DNA of 64,000 nucleotides from Marsupella aquatica (Eukaryota; Plantae; Marchantiophyta): NCBI GenBank assembly GCA_973895155.1, contig OZ316899.1, positions 5,831,241 to 5,895,240 of the forward strand, read 5' to 3'. Shown piece by piece: positions 1 to 13,517 of this stretch (position 1 is its first letter; each line of letters starts with the position of its first letter). The notes under the pieces were generated by a model. It saw only the letters and a program-made list of their open reading frames with translations, ran no database searches and was not told where the DNA came from. The position numbers and the translations under genes were made by a program.

Positions 1-1350
1 AGCCCTTATGTAGTAGACCCTACCCTGAAAGTAGCCCTTATGTAGTTTAGAAGTTATTAGCATTTTAGTTTTGTAAAAAGCGTGAGTGCGCAAAGGCGCA
101 ACGGCGCAACGGCGCTTCCGACACTTGGAAAATTTTCCGGAAAAATGTATTTTTTATCCAACAGCACTTTTCACCTATTTTATTAAGGCACTTAGACACC
201 TCATAAAAGTCTAAAATTTTGCCAGCATGTAGCATGTATGTAATCCTTGCACCTAGAAAATTTTCACCCCATTATGACCTTTGTGTTAGAAATTAAAATT
301 CAGACAAAGTTACTATTTGTTAGTTTTATCACAAAAGTGCAAAAACACTTTTACTCCAGTTAACACTAGAGATTATTTTTGATTAGTTTTTATTTCCATG
401 AGCATTCTAGTGAACCTTAAGTACTCCTGTAACATATTTTCATATTTTTTACTTTAGTTTATGACCCTTAAGATATGAAAGGGCATGTCCTTTCATTATC
501 TTGCTCCCCTTTAGTCCCTGCTAGCCTATATGTAGTAGAATTTTTGTCACTTTTAGTGTGAAGGAATTTCATGAGTGCTTAGTTGCAAGATTACAACTTT
601 GTTACCTCCATTTGTAGCAAGCACTCCATTGCATATAAGTACTTAATACAAATAATTTCTTCCCCCTTCAAGTCTGAATGAATGAGAAGTTTGGACCCTT
701 GAAATAAAATTGTTGTGATTGTTAAATCTTTGGTATATGTAGAAATAGATTCCTTGTTGGTGATGTTTCACATATTCCTTAGTTCTTGATGCATAATTGT
801 TGGCGTGACATTGCTTGTGCACCGGATGCAAAGAATGTTATTCACCAATTACTTATGGCTTCAAATTTGATGATGATTGTATCTCTTATTCGTGACACAA
901 AGTACCGATTGGATACAGAAGTGATTGATTACTAGTCTCCACTCAATATCTTGGAAGGAAAAGTAGAGACATGTTGACGGCATCTTAGTAATCATCCTAG
1001 TACCGTAATCCTTTCCAAAAATGTTCTTACGACCTAAATCATCTCAAATTAAGTGATGTTGAGGAGTCACCTTGGTTGTTTCCTAACTCCCTCACCATAC
1101 CTCAAGATTTTCATTGTGTTTTGTTAATTGATTCTATTTTGTTATTTTATTTACAATGTTAAGCAAACATTCAAATCTGTGCCTTGCTGAGCAACCATAG
1201 TAAAAGGCTCAAACCTGTGTTTTTTGTTACTTAAGTCATTCATAAGTGCTAAATCATAGAAAATCAATCCTTTACATGTTCTTCTATAGGAATGAATACC
1301 GAGTTTTGGATCTTAAATGTTTATTTATATCCCTGGTGTGATACTACACA
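1..1350 (+). repeat. LTR (left end outside window), copy A, followed by a PBS
   Basis: Homologous in inverted orientation to 20764-22126. Homology stops exactly at ...ATACTACACA (1350) and is followed directly by TGGTGCTCTC. Confidence 0.65.
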
Positions 1351-1360
1351 TGGTGCTCTC
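1351..1360 (+). promoter_or_regulatory. Putative primer-binding site (tRNA-Thr-like)
   Basis: TGGTGCTCTC immediately after the CA end. It resembles the complement of the plant tRNA-Thr 3' end (from memory). Confidence 0.5.
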
Positions 1361-1879
1361 CCCTGATGAGAAAGAAGGTGAAAATTGGAGGGCGCACCGC
1401 GCTGCCACATTGCCTTCATCTCCATCTTTGTTCGCGTCATGTTTACCAAGGACTTTCATAAGAATGAGTCTGGATGGAACGATTGTTTTACATCATATAC
1501 CAAACGACCACTCAAATATCACACCAAATATGTACTAACCGGGATCGGGTAATGGAAGCAATCGGCGTACGTATAATGGGTACATGTCTATTCACATGCA
1601 TGTCACTTTCCTTCAACGCTATCTAGTCCGTGTTGAGGTGACTTGCAACGTACAAGACAATCATCATCATCGCCACTAAAAATTCAGCAATTATTGGTAT
1701 CCTACCCCTAGACGGTTGAAGGGACAACGACGTCCACTTGTAATAACGGGTACATGTCCTTTCACACACACTCCAGGTTTGGCCAACAAATGAGTTAATA
1801 TTGATTTGACCTGCAACGGTCAAGACTGTCATGATTAGTTTTGGGGATTGTACGAGCGTATGATTCCACAGTTACTATG

Positions 1880-2400
1880 TAATCCCATTTTGGCGAGGAT
1901 CTCTGAGATCTGAGGCCAACAACTTCTTTGTTGAATTGACGACAAAGGGTTTAGGGTTTAAGTACATCTCGGAGAGGGTCTCCAAGATTTGGCGGTTCTC
2001 TCACTCGGCAACGGTCAAGATTATGATCTTAAGTTCCATTTTGGCGAGGGTCTCTAAGATTCGGTTTCTTACTTTTTCCTGGTAAGTGAAATTTTGGCGA
2101 GGGTCGCACACATCCGATTACACTCTTTTTCCTGCAAAGTTCCATTCCGATGAGGGTCGCTGACATCCGGTTTCAGTGCCATTTTGGCGAGGGTTGCTCA
2201 GATCCGACAAACGACAAATGTATCCAAGGTGAGTAGGGTTTAGGATCACTACATCTCCGAGACCCTTGCCAAATTCCAACGGTGCCGTTTGGATGTCGGC
2301 GAGGTCGCCGAGAGGGAGAAAAGATCACACCAATATTGTGATAACGTAAGCTTTTTTATTAATGAAAAATGTCGTACAAAATTAGTCCATGATGCTAGCC
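1880..2400. repeat. Cluster of TTGGCGAGGGTC motifs; fragment of the MULE-like family at 25550-46570
   Basis: Motif at about 1890, 2041, 2093, 2185 and inverted at about 2260. The segment 2350-2392 (gtacaaaattagtccatgat) matches 31655-31692. Confidence 0.6.
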
Positions 2401-2544
2401 CTGACCTTATTACTACGTGATGAGTTCAAGTAATGTCATGACATGACCTAGTGGCCAGTGGACCTTATCAACAATGCTATTCGCAATGATCATCAAGATT
2501 CTATGCCTTCACAGTCAAATATCACTAGAATAAAGCCTGTAGCC

Positions 2545-4014
2545 AGTGGTGGACCTTGCCACCCAGCGCCCTCACCAATCCCAGCACTCACGCCTAAGTG
2601 CCCTTGGTGCCCCGACGCCTCCACGAAATACCCCGAGCAAGTACACTAGTGCCCCTTCCACCGCCAGCGGCCCCTCCCATACAAAGCCGCACTCGCTCTC
2701 TAACACGACCGCTACTCAACGGTCCTCCCTATCTGCACAAGCAACCAAGCACCTCGGTAAGTAACCCTTCAGGATCTAGAACTCGCCAAGTCTAGCATCC
2801 TACTCAAGCTCGACAGACGTTGGTAAATAGGTCAGCGATAGGTCCTCCCGATGCCATAAGCCGGAACCAGAACCCATGCCCACTGTTTGTCCCGAACAGC
2901 TCTTTCCTTGGGCACGGCCCGGGTTCCCCCTCATACCTATCCATCACCAACTGACCGCCCTGACCCCAGAACATGCTCATGGCCCAATTAGCGTAGCTTG
3001 TCCTAAAGCTTGTCCCAACACGCCGGGACCCGAATGGCCCCGACTCTACCAACCAACTCCTGATTTGCCTCACTGGTGATCTAGGGGCTAAGCACCTTTG
3101 GAACTCAACCTCCACACCTACTTGGCCTTGCCGCCCCAATGCAAGCTCCCTTGGGAGACTCACGCGGCTTGGCTGCTGTTCGGTGGGATTTGGCAAGCGG
3201 GCGAGCTAACACCCACAAACCTTGAGCACCCATGGTGCCCCCAGACCCAGATGAGATCAGGAGAGCGTAGCCCTCCTCGAGAGGTTTCCAACGCACCCAA
3301 GAAGTCCCCCAATGGACTTCCCGTTAGGAAGATATCATCATTTATGTTTGGCGGTTTCCCTTAGTGTCGCGACCCCTGCGGCTCACGACTTTGGCTCGCC
3401 CTTAGCCCCCAGGGAGACATCACTCCCCTCATATATGCTTTTGGAGACCTGCCACCCCCGGACCAGCTTTGGTCCCTAAACATTTGGCCCCCAACCCGGA
3501 TCCTATCGCGCATAATGGGCGCGCCACCAACTGGCAACGCCCATAACTTTCTCGTTAGGCATCCGTAAGCGGAGTGCCTTAGCCCGGTGTGATCGGGCCA
3601 ACCCAGTGCTCATGGCTAGGCCCTCAGGTCTCATCGCCGCTTGGGCCCAACCCAGATCGGGCCATAACTTGCACCCCAAGCGTCCGTTGCCCATGGCGTC
3701 AACTCCATTGGCCTTGGGCCCAAGAGGAGCTCACACTCAAGCCCTCAGAACTCAAAGTCCATCCAGAGGTCTGGATGACCATCCTTGAGCCCGGCCCATT
3801 TCCCCTTGACCCGACCAGCTATCAGCTAGTCCAAGTCCTTAGTGTCTGTCCCCAGCTTGGCTCCTTGCCTTGCTAGTGCCACGTCTCATTGCCCATAAGT
3901 CTCCCCATGCTAAGTCCTCCCCGGATGGCCTATCCGGGTCTGGACCATAAGGGAGCTCGGCATCGGAGTCAGCGACGCCGGAGCTAAGTGTTAAGGTAGT
4001 CGAGTTCCGCGACT
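2545..4014 (-). repeat. 3' LTR of chromovirus
   Basis: Direct repeat of 19100-20585 with plus-strand ends AGTGG...GACT. PPT (minus AAGGGGGGGTGCA) adjacent at 4015-4029. Confidence 0.92.
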
Positions 4015-4489
4015 TGCACCCCCCCTTAAAAATGGTCACGTCCGCGTGACCTCAGTAAACGTTCCAACACGCCTAGACCACTTTGGGCCTTAAAATTTTA
4101 TGAGGTAACAAATGGTTTGCCCATAAGGCTGATGCAAACCAGGTTGGTATGCGCATTCCAGACTTAGGAAATTCCAACCTATCCCACTTATCCAAGTAGG
4201 ATGCCAGTCCAAACGGGTAAGCTAACTCCAAACTCGTCGGACCCCTTGTCCTCCCCTTGGGGCACTCCCCTTTGGTTCGAACTAGCCCGCCCACAGATGT
4301 AGGGCGGGCACCATCAACTTCCACTTGCGAAAAGCAAATCGGCCGCCCAACAACCTCTAGCACCAACGCAATCCGACTTTATTCTTAAGAGGCCAAGAGG
4401 AGTGGAACTAGGATACAACTCACAAAGGTAGCTACGGCTGCCTGTACCCATTCACAACGGCGGTAGGCCACTTCGCTTACGATAGCTTC

Positions 4490-5761
4490 CACGGATCTCT
4501 GATGCATTACCCAAATTTTCTTCCGGTTCCCAAGTACTCTCGGCCTGGTCATAGCTAGCCTACTTCACCAAATACTCCAAGATTTGCCTTCCCAATTTGC
4601 GTTTGTAACGGTGGTCCAGAATTGCCTCCACCTCAAACTCCTCAGTGTCCTCCACCAGCATGGCATCCGAACGCAAGACCTAATCCCGGTTGGGATCATT
4701 GTCTTTGACAAACTTCTTGAGACGGCTAACATGGTAGCTTTTGCACACGCCCATTTCCTTGGGTGTCTCCAACACCACCAGAACCGGATTATCCTTGTGG
4801 GCCCATCGTATAATGCGATAGGGCCCCGCATATCTGGGAGCCAGCTTCCTACTTATGTTCCCGTGGTATTGCTCAGGTCTCAACAGCAACCAGACGCTCT
4901 CCCCAATTTCAAAGCTTACCTGGCATTGATGTTTATCCCCTTGCTCTTTGTACCGAATTTGGGCAAGGGTCATACCCTTGGTAGCCCCTTCCACAACTAG
5001 GCACCGCTCTCGAATAAAATCGTCCGCGAAAGGAACCTTGCTTTCCGTCTGCCAAGCTTCCGGATTTATAAACCAGGAGGACGCCAAGTGGCCAACACAA
5101 ACGACGCAAACCCCATCGCTGAATGCTTGGTCGAGTTATACCTAAACTCAACCATTGTTAAATGCTTTGCCCAATCCTTTTGATTGGCCGTCACAAAGTG
5201 ACGCAAGTAGTCCTCCACGATACCATTAACCAATTCCATTTGGCCATCTATCTTATGATGATATGCTGATCCCCTAGTCAGGTCCATTCCGGATAACCGG
5301 AACAACGCCTTCCATAAATGGCCCGTGAACTTGTTATCACGATTGGACAGGATATGCAATGGCAATCCCCATTGTCGAAAGACATTGTCAAACACTAGAT
5401 CGACAACCTCTGTAGTAGGCACGAAATACGCCATCTTGGAAAAACGATCCACAATTGTTAAGATGGAGTTACTACCGTGGGACTCAAATAACTCAACAAT
5501 GAAGTCCATGGAGATAGACTCCTATGGAGCCGCAGCTACTGGTAAAGGTTGCAGCGGTCCTCCTTTTGCCCTATAGACCGTTCGGTTCTTTTGGCATGAG
5601 TAACAACTTTGCACGTGTTGAAGGACCGATTGCTTCATGTCCGGCCAATACACATCTCGCGACATGCTGCGATACGTAGCGGCTTGTCCTCCATGCCCTC
5701 CCCAGGGCGAGTCGTGGTACTTTTGCAGAACCTCTAACCTTAGAGACTCTGGTATGTACAC
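4490..5761 (-). pseudogene. Integrase with GPY/F motif and C-terminal chromodomain (frameshifts and stops)
   Basis: HHCC zinc domain (YHDSPWGGHGG...CYSCQK), core MDFIVEL...IVDRFSK, KLAPRYAGPYRII, then EEFEVEAILDHRYKRKLGRQILEYLVK*ASYDQAESTWEPEENLGNA read from 4680-4500. Confidence 0.9.
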
Positions 5762-5962
5762 ACACCTCTGCTTGTATCACCATAACTGAAAATTATGCGT
5801 CGTATCCAACCCCAACGATACGTGCCTTACCTTGCCTTGGCTGCCCCCATTGCTTCGCCATTCCTTAGCTAACCTGTCATCCCCATACGCCGCGGCCAGA
5901 ACCTTTGGCCACTCGGATTCGAGCATCGTGATCCCATTGACACGATGTTGGTCCTTATGCAA

Positions 5963-7300
5963 TCATGCGTTAGCTGCCGTATTTGTCTTCCCTGGAATGT
6001 GGCGGACTTCAAAATCAAAATCCGCCAAGAACATCTGCCAGCGCATTTCCTTAGGGTTCAGTCTTGGCTTAGAACTGAAGTACCCGCCTGGCAAACTATC
6101 TGTGTGGATTACCACTTTGGGACCGTTCTTAAGGTAAATCTCCCACTTCTTCAACGCATAGATCACAACATACATTTCCCTTTCCGGTGTGATCCAATGA
6201 TTTTCCAACTTACATGACTCAAAGGCCACAGGACGCCCATCTTGGTGAAGACAGGCGCCAATGGCGTAATCACTTGCGTCTGTCCAAATCTCAAACGGTT
6301 TTCCCATCTCAGGTAACTTTAGAACCGGCGGCGTTATCATAAGCCGCTTAAGTTCCAGGAATGCTAACTCGCAATCCTGTGTCCACACAAACACTTTGTT
6401 TTTCAACATTAGCGCATTTAGGGGCCTCGCAATCCTTGCATAGTCTTTCATGTATCTCCGATAGAACCCCGTAAATCCTAAGAAGGCTCTAACTTGCCTT
6501 ACATTGGACGGGCGCTCCCATTCTTTGATCTCCTTAAGCTTGTCCTGACTAGGCGTAATCCCTTCCGGGGTAAAGGTATGGCCAAGGAACTGAATCTCGT
6601 TCATCACAAACTTGCACTTGCTAGGTTCAGCAAAGAGACGAGCCTTACAAAGGCGAGAGAACACTTCTCTGAGCAACTACTCATGTTCCTCCAACGTTTT
6701 CGAGTAGATTAGGATGTCGTCAATAAAGACGACCACTCCTTGGTCCAACAAGTCATGGAAGATGGTATTCATCATCTTCATGAACATTGCGGTTGCATTA
6801 CACAACCTGAACGGCATAATTAAAAACTCATAGGATCCAAACCTTGTGCCCATTGCGGTCTTATACTCGTCTCTCTTAGCCATGCGGATCTGGTAATACC
6901 CAGACCGCAAGTCCACCTTTGAAAAATTCTTAGCCCCGGAGAAGCAATTGAAGAGGTCATCCATATGAGGTAACGGGTACTTGTTCTTTACTGTCTGCTT
7001 ATTGAGGGCCCGGTAATCTGCGCACAATCTCAAAGTACCATCCTTTTTGGACACAAACAGCGTGGGCGCCCCGTAAGGACTCTTACTAGGGCAAATGAAC
7101 CCTTGGTCGATCAACTCTTCCAAGGCGTTCTTCAACATCATTTGCTCATTCAAGTTTAGACGATAAGGAGCTTTAGCTTGAGGAGCCAAACCCGGCTCCA
7201 ACTCAACTTGGTGATCCACTTCTCTCCGCAAGGGTAAACCTTTAGGTAGCTTATGCGAGAGCACGTCATTGAATTCCTCTAAAATTTCAGGAATTTGACC
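5963..7300 (-). pseudogene. Reverse transcriptase and RNase H
   Basis: [42 protein letters not shown] and HIPGKTN motifs. Split by a stop at about 6677. Confidence 0.95.
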
Positions 7301-7499
7301 GCAGTCGGGCTTGACCTTAGCTTACTTAACCTTTGGCTGCAAAGTAGCCTCCTTAACTAAGTGGAGATGAAAGAAGAAACATTCATGTCCACCCTTGAAG
7401 TCTTTACACCATTGCTTTGCCGATACACACGGAGACAACCACGACACTTTACTTACTTTGAGAAATCTTTCTTTATTTTTGGTAACTTTGTGTACAACG

Positions 7500-8190
7500 A
7501 TGGGCTCACCGCCCTTATTGGGAAATGGAGCACTTCATCCCCCGGTTTCAAGGTAACATTGTGCTTCCTGAGATAACCTACCGACAAAATGAAGTCTACG
7601 GCTAGACCGTCTAGAACGTAGAACATCTCTAGACTAACAAAATTTTGTTGTTCGCCTATGACCTCTACTCAAAGTCTATGCACTACTCTCGACACTACCC
7701 CGTTTGTGTTGTTGGCAAACTTGCACACTAACGATTGTAGCAACTCTTTCACGTCCACCCCAAGAGGTGCTGCCGCCTGCCCACTTATGAAGCAAGCGGT
7801 CGCGCCTGTATCCACCAAAGCAACACCCAGATTACCGTTAGAAGTGACATTCACAAAAATCAGTTTTTCAGGATCCATTGTCTTAACCTTAGGTATCTTC
7901 TCTTGCAACAACACCTTCTCTCTGGCAGGAACATCCCCTACAAGGACCTTGTCAGCTACTAAGGGTTTAGTTAGAGCGATACTTACCTTAATGCTCTTTT
8001 GCCCTCCACCATCTTTGCTTGGCTTGCCACCTTTTGTGGAACAATCCTTACTTTGATGGCCCATGGCACCACATGTGAAGCACAAACCTTCAGCCCGCCT
8101 CTGCTCCGTGAGTGTCTGCTTCTTTGCTTTCTGTGCCGATGAGGTTCCTTTCTTGAAATTTCCGGTCTTCACATTTTGCTTAGCTTCTCC
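7500..8190 (-). pseudogene. gag zinc knuckle and aspartic protease (3' part of gag after the CACTA insertion)
   Basis: CFTCGAMGHQSKDC and ALVDTGATACFIS. Joins in frame with 17674 (…PQPQN|GEAKQ…) once the CACTA is removed. Confidence 0.9.
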
Positions 8191-8949
8191 ATTCACTACT
8201 ACATATTGGCCCCTTTTGTGAAGGTGTTTTTCGATGTTGGGAAGGCCTTGTGATGTTAGCGCCTTCAAATATTTTGTGATCAAACATGCATCACAATATC
8301 CCATGCTCTAATTATTGCAAAATCATGTTGCAAAGCTAAATACATCGCACTTCATTTTGGATGTTATTGACTTCGCAACAACTTGAGATACTAGTTGTAT
8401 CGCAACGACTTTGTGAGTTTGCGACCATCACGACCGTATTCGGATACATTTTGGTTCATAATTTAGCGATACTAATACAATCACAGGTGTTTTGTGAACC
8501 TATTATCTTTGGAAATTATTGTGAAGAAAGTTGAGTCGCAAAGTACTGAATCCAGTTTGGTCGCAAATTTGAGAACCAATTTGTATCACAAGGACCGATG
8601 GAATTTGATTCACAAGAGGTCCAAAAATTCCTTCCCGACTACTTCAAAAAATGTTTTGCAAAGAGAGTTGTTTGCAAGTTTTCAAAATGGAAATGTTTGA
8701 GAGAATACTTTAGAAGATGGAGAATGCATGTGTTTAGGTTATAAACTAGGGATTTCAAAAAGGTGGCATGCATATATGAGGATAACTTTTCTAGTGGCTA
8801 GGGTTCCATATATAGCGGTAAAATGAAATTTCAAAGTCCAAGTGTTTGTAAGACAAAAGAATAAAATAAATAGGCAAATATAAATTAAACCAAGATAGTT
8901 AATATAATCACAATTATACGCCCCACAACAAGTTTTACTACTAGTGATC

Positions 8950-11900
8950 AAACTTGGTCCTCATCCTCTCCTCTGTTTGACACAATAATAACTTCAGGTT
9001 TTTCTGAGATAATGGAACAAGACCGTGGCACATATGGTATAACAATTGACCACTCCTCTGGGTCTGGTGGGTACGGAATATAGAAACACTGCTCAAGGTG
9101 ACTTGGGAATGTAAACGGTTCAGATGTTTGCCAATGAGATGGTTGAAAGCTAGTTGCTGATGTCTTTAGTCAAGTAAACCCACAATCATCAAGAAGTACC
9201 ATGTGATTCTCACCAACCAAGTGAATTTTGAACCACTTACACTTGAAGACATACTCTTCAAATTTTATATCCGCATCATAGGATACAATCAAGATCTCCT
9301 CTATCTTCCCATAGTAAGGCACCACATCTCGGATGACATTGGTGTCATGGCGGCTACTTTGTGAATCCTGCATGAACTGCCCTTGAACTCCACAGTCAAA
9401 AGTTCTACCCCTCTTCTCATCAAGGTCAGAAATCCTGAAATGTCTCCCTTGTGTCCACATTGCTGTTCTGGTCTGAACAAGTCTCAAAGGGCCATGAACA
9501 ATTGTTCGAACGTCATGAGTCATATCTGGAAAATGTGATACACTCTCACCTTGGGCCACCATAGCATCCAACTGAAGTACTTTCTCCCTCATATACTCAA
9601 GGAACTTTGGAAAAATCCTTGGGCAACGACTCTCCCTCTTTGCATCCTCATAAAACTCTCTCCATTCTTCCATGACAGTGCTATTACTCAACATGAAAGT
9701 AGTCATATGTGTCAACTCAACTCCGGTCAGTAAGCGTGTTTTTTTGGCTCTTGTTAAATGATCCTCCTCCATTTCTCTCTCTTCCATCCAACTGCGTGGA
9801 CAACTAGGATCAATGGTAGCTAAGATGTTGCTGCAATAGAACATACTCTCAGTTGTCAAGTATCTTGTTGCCAGGCTCCCCTCCACTCGTGCACGATTCC
9901 GTACATAAGCCTTTAACACAGCCATATACCTTTCCAACCAATACATCCAACGACAATGCACTGGACGAGCAATGGCAACCTCCCTCACAAGATGAACAAG
10001 TAAATGCACTTGACAATCAAAGAAGGAAGGAGGGAGGGCCTTCTCTAACTTGCACACTACCTCAGCTGCCAATACCTCCATATGTGGGATCTCTTCTTCA
10101 TATATTTCCTTTGAGCATATCCATCTCAACAAAGTGCCCAATGACTAGAGGGCATCTTGCACTTCTTCACTGCCCAAGCCTATGATTGCCACAGGAAGTA
10201 TATGTTGTAGTAAACGGTGATAGTCATGTGTCTTCAGATACATTGGCCACTTATGACTGTCCTCCATCCCAAAAGCTTTCCGGAGATTGGCACCATAGTC
10301 TGTAAGAAACTGCATCTGACCTATGCGTTGTCAAAACTCTCTTCTTTCACCAACACTCAAAACCCAAGGAGCTGAAGGACGGTGTTCCATCCCTGTTGAT
10401 TCATCAACTGTTATCCATACATCTGGATGTCGTTCTAGATCTTGGCATGCCTCCCTAAAATTATGGTCCTTTTCTCCATAAAAATGCTTGATCAAAGCCT
10501 TCCCAACGTTTCCCTCTATATGCATGGGGTCTAACAAGTGATGAATCTTCAACTCAGGCCAATACGGCAAAGTGGCTAGTATAGTCCACCGTGTTAACCC
10601 ACTTCCATCAAATGTCATGGGGTCGTCAGGGTCTGCCACCCTATCAGCTATGGATTCCCAATGTGCAAAGGATGTACGCTCAGGTATGTCACGCTCATCA
10701 CCATTGATCATGTCAAAGTCTGACAATAGAAGGGGGTCAGACCTCATCTCATGTCCACATGGAAGAAACTTGGTATGCCCAAGGTAGATTATCTTGCAAA
10801 GCCATCTTGAGTACTTGGCCATATCTTCAAGGCTTGGACCACAAGTGGAGCATGCCTTATACCCTTGAGTTTGTAACCCTGAAACAAACCCAAACCCTGC
10901 AACAAACCCAAACCCAAACCCAAATAACTTTCTCAATTAGAGTCAAAGGATTTAAAAAGTTCATGTACATACATAAATATGAGGGACTTCCTCTAAAACA
11001 AACTCTTTAATACATGAAAACCTTACCAGGATAGTCATGCATGGTCCACATATTGATTCCCTTTAATTTGAAGACACACAGTAATCCCCCTGTAGTTTTC
11101 CAACCATCATAGGCCCACACACCGTCCCATAATTTTTGAAGTTCCCCAACCAATAGTGCCAAGTAGGTGTCCATGTTTTTTTACCTTAGATGGACCTAGG
11201 ATAATCAATGACAGCAATAAGAAGCCCTTTTTCATGGACAACCATGGTGGAAGGTTGTAATTCATAACAACCACCGGCCAAACTGATGTAGGGCGTCCTT
11301 TCCCACCAAGGGAATGGGGGCTGACCCCATCTGATGCCAACCCCAACCTCACATGACGAGGGTCATTGGCAAACTCTGGCCATTGTGACTCCACATGCTT
11401 GTGAGCAGGGGAGTCAACTGGCAACCGCATGACACCGGCCTCTGATCGATGTGTCTTATGCCATACCATCAATTTTGCCAAGTCAAAACATTGATACATG
11501 TGCAACAATCGAGGAATAATGGGAAACCAACGGACAGCTTTCCTGGGCACCTTTGAGGTCAACATGTTGGCCTCATATCGAGGCTCATGACAAATTGGAC
11601 ACTCAGTCCTATTGGCATTGGTCTCATGATATAGGATGCAGTCATTCACACGAGCATGAATGATATGATATTCCATACCAATGGTTGATAAAACTCTCTT
11701 TGCCTCCTTCCAAGTTCCTGGCAATACATTGTCACTGGGTAACATGAGGTCATGATAAATTGCAAACAAATCCAATAGTAAGGCATTGCTTGCCTTGTGT
11801 TTTGCCTGAAGGTTCATCAATGCCAAGATGGCAGAGAGTCTATTCAAGCGAGCACCCCCATAAATAGGTGTTCTAGCATGTGCCTCCGCTTCTTCCCATT

Positions 11901-12216
11901 GTTGTTGACCTTCTGGTGTATGTTGAGGCCAGGGGTCATGTGCAGCATTTGGTGGGGGAGCTCCTTCATTGGGTGGTCCATGTCCTTCACCATCAACGTC
12001 CACACCAAACCAATCTATCATGAAGTCATCCATGGCTGTCTCCTAGTCCTGCATGACCTCATAATCTGTCCTAGGTGCCCCTTCATCCAAACCTTCAATG
12101 TCATTGTCACTGGATGAGGAATCTGTTGATGATGTTTCTCCGTCTCGTGGCATGCTCATTTCATCATATGTAGCTCTCAATCTCCTTGGCAACATATCTT
12201 GACTAGGTCGCACATT
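8950..12216 (-). pseudogene. CACTA transposase core (Transposase_21/DUF4218/DUF4216-like), spliced, with stops
   Basis: LPSDNVLP..KEAK, HARVNDCILY, RLGLASDG, YNLPPWL, HDYPG, LDPMHIEGNV, PPSFFDCQVHLLVHL, WMYWLERYM, YYGKIEEI and DDCGFT. GT-AG intron at about 11026-10880. Confidence 0.93.
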
Positions 12217-12348
12217 CTATGGACAACACAATAAAGCATTTGCAATCAAACTCCTAATAATATGAAAAGGACATAGGTAGCTTACAAAAATATGTTCACA
12301 CGCAATGAATGAACATGTAATACATGAGTGTCCCTAAAATAACTAAGC

Positions 12349-13175
12349 CTAATCCCACTCATAATGAGTAAACAACTCCTCTCCGGCCTTAATGGTCCTT
12401 GTAGCCACAACCAGACAATGGTCATGATGATATCTCTGTCCATATGGTGCTGGAGGGGGACCATCAACAAAAACCCACTCACAATTTTGCCTACGCTTGG
12501 GCTGGGACCCCATAGTACTGTTTATGAAACCGGCTATATTCCCACTATGGATGGGATCATCATCAATTATACATTGTTCACTGTACTTTCTAGTGCAGCC
12601 ATCAAAAGTATCCATGTCCAATTTGCATAAGTCTTCCACTTAGGGTGTTGTACAAATGAAGGATCATGTTCCAATGTCTCCTCTTGTAAATGGGTCCACC
12701 ATATGGGAACAACGTTGGTCCATCTGGACACCACCCTTTTCCACCCATATCATCCACAACATTTGATATCCTCACAAGAAAAAACTCCATACCCATGTCT
12801 CTCCCCTAGTGTAGAACTTTTGACAACCCAACGCCTTCCCCAAACCTCTATCTCCTCACCATAGGTTATATCACATGGCAAACCAAGGCAATCAGGATTC
12901 CAATCCTTTATGATAGGCACACATTTCCCTGTGAACGTACAATGTCCCCACCTACCATCAACCCTACAAGTATACTGATCAACTTCCCCTCTAGGCTTCC
13001 TTTTAGATTGTTTTTTCCCTCTTGTAACAATACCAACACCCTCAGCTGTCCCAACACTTCCTTGCCTTGTTGCAACTAGACAAAAATCTTGTGAAAGGGC
13101 CAAGCCTATAGCATCTAGAACTCCTTGTGAGGGAACATAGGGTGTTGGTGCCGTGGGTGTAGGCCTAGTGGATAC
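12349..13175 (-). pseudogene. SET-domain exon inside the CACTA-1 transposase gene (two frameshifts)
   Basis: VVKSSTLGERHGYGVFSCEDI ... LFPYGGPIY ... GNIAGFINST ... NCEW ... ATRTIKAGEELFTHYEWD*. Acceptor TTTTTTTCATATAG ends at 13176. Confidence 0.88.
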
Positions 13176-13283
13176 CTATATGAAAAAAATCCAACAAAGT
13201 AAATGTGAACAACTTCCCAAAACCTAAGTCATGCTAGGTAGATTTATAAAATTAGAAACAAACAAGGTAACTTTACAACTCAC

Positions 13284-13517
13284 CATATGGGATGAAGAGG
13301 CTCCCGGTGTAAGACCTTGATGTTGTCCATATCTTACAATGTGGTCCGCACATACATATGACTTCTGGACAATCATCCCCACACATGTTTTACAACCACA
13401 AAGTTGATGTGGCGGACCACTAGGTCAACGTACACTTGGTTCAGGCTCAGGAGGAGGAGGAATGTCTTCATCGGAGGAGGAGTCCGATGTGGTGGAAGTT
13501 GTAGAGGATGAAGACAT
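13284..13517 (-). pseudogene. First coding exon with transposase-associated (Cys/His) domain
   Basis: ATG at 13517, acidic/Pro stretch with one TGA, then CGCKTCVGMIVQKSYVCADHIVRYG, followed by the donor ATG|GTGAGT at 13283. Confidence 0.8.

Noticed and set aside
2804-4039. Short ORFs within the chromovirus LTRs
   Set aside because: Not kept open between the two LTR copies and no recognisable domains.
12349-13175. Host SET-domain gene coincidentally adjacent to a transposon
   Set aside because: It lies inside CACTA TIRs and TSD, between two transposase exons, and is repeated in a second element.
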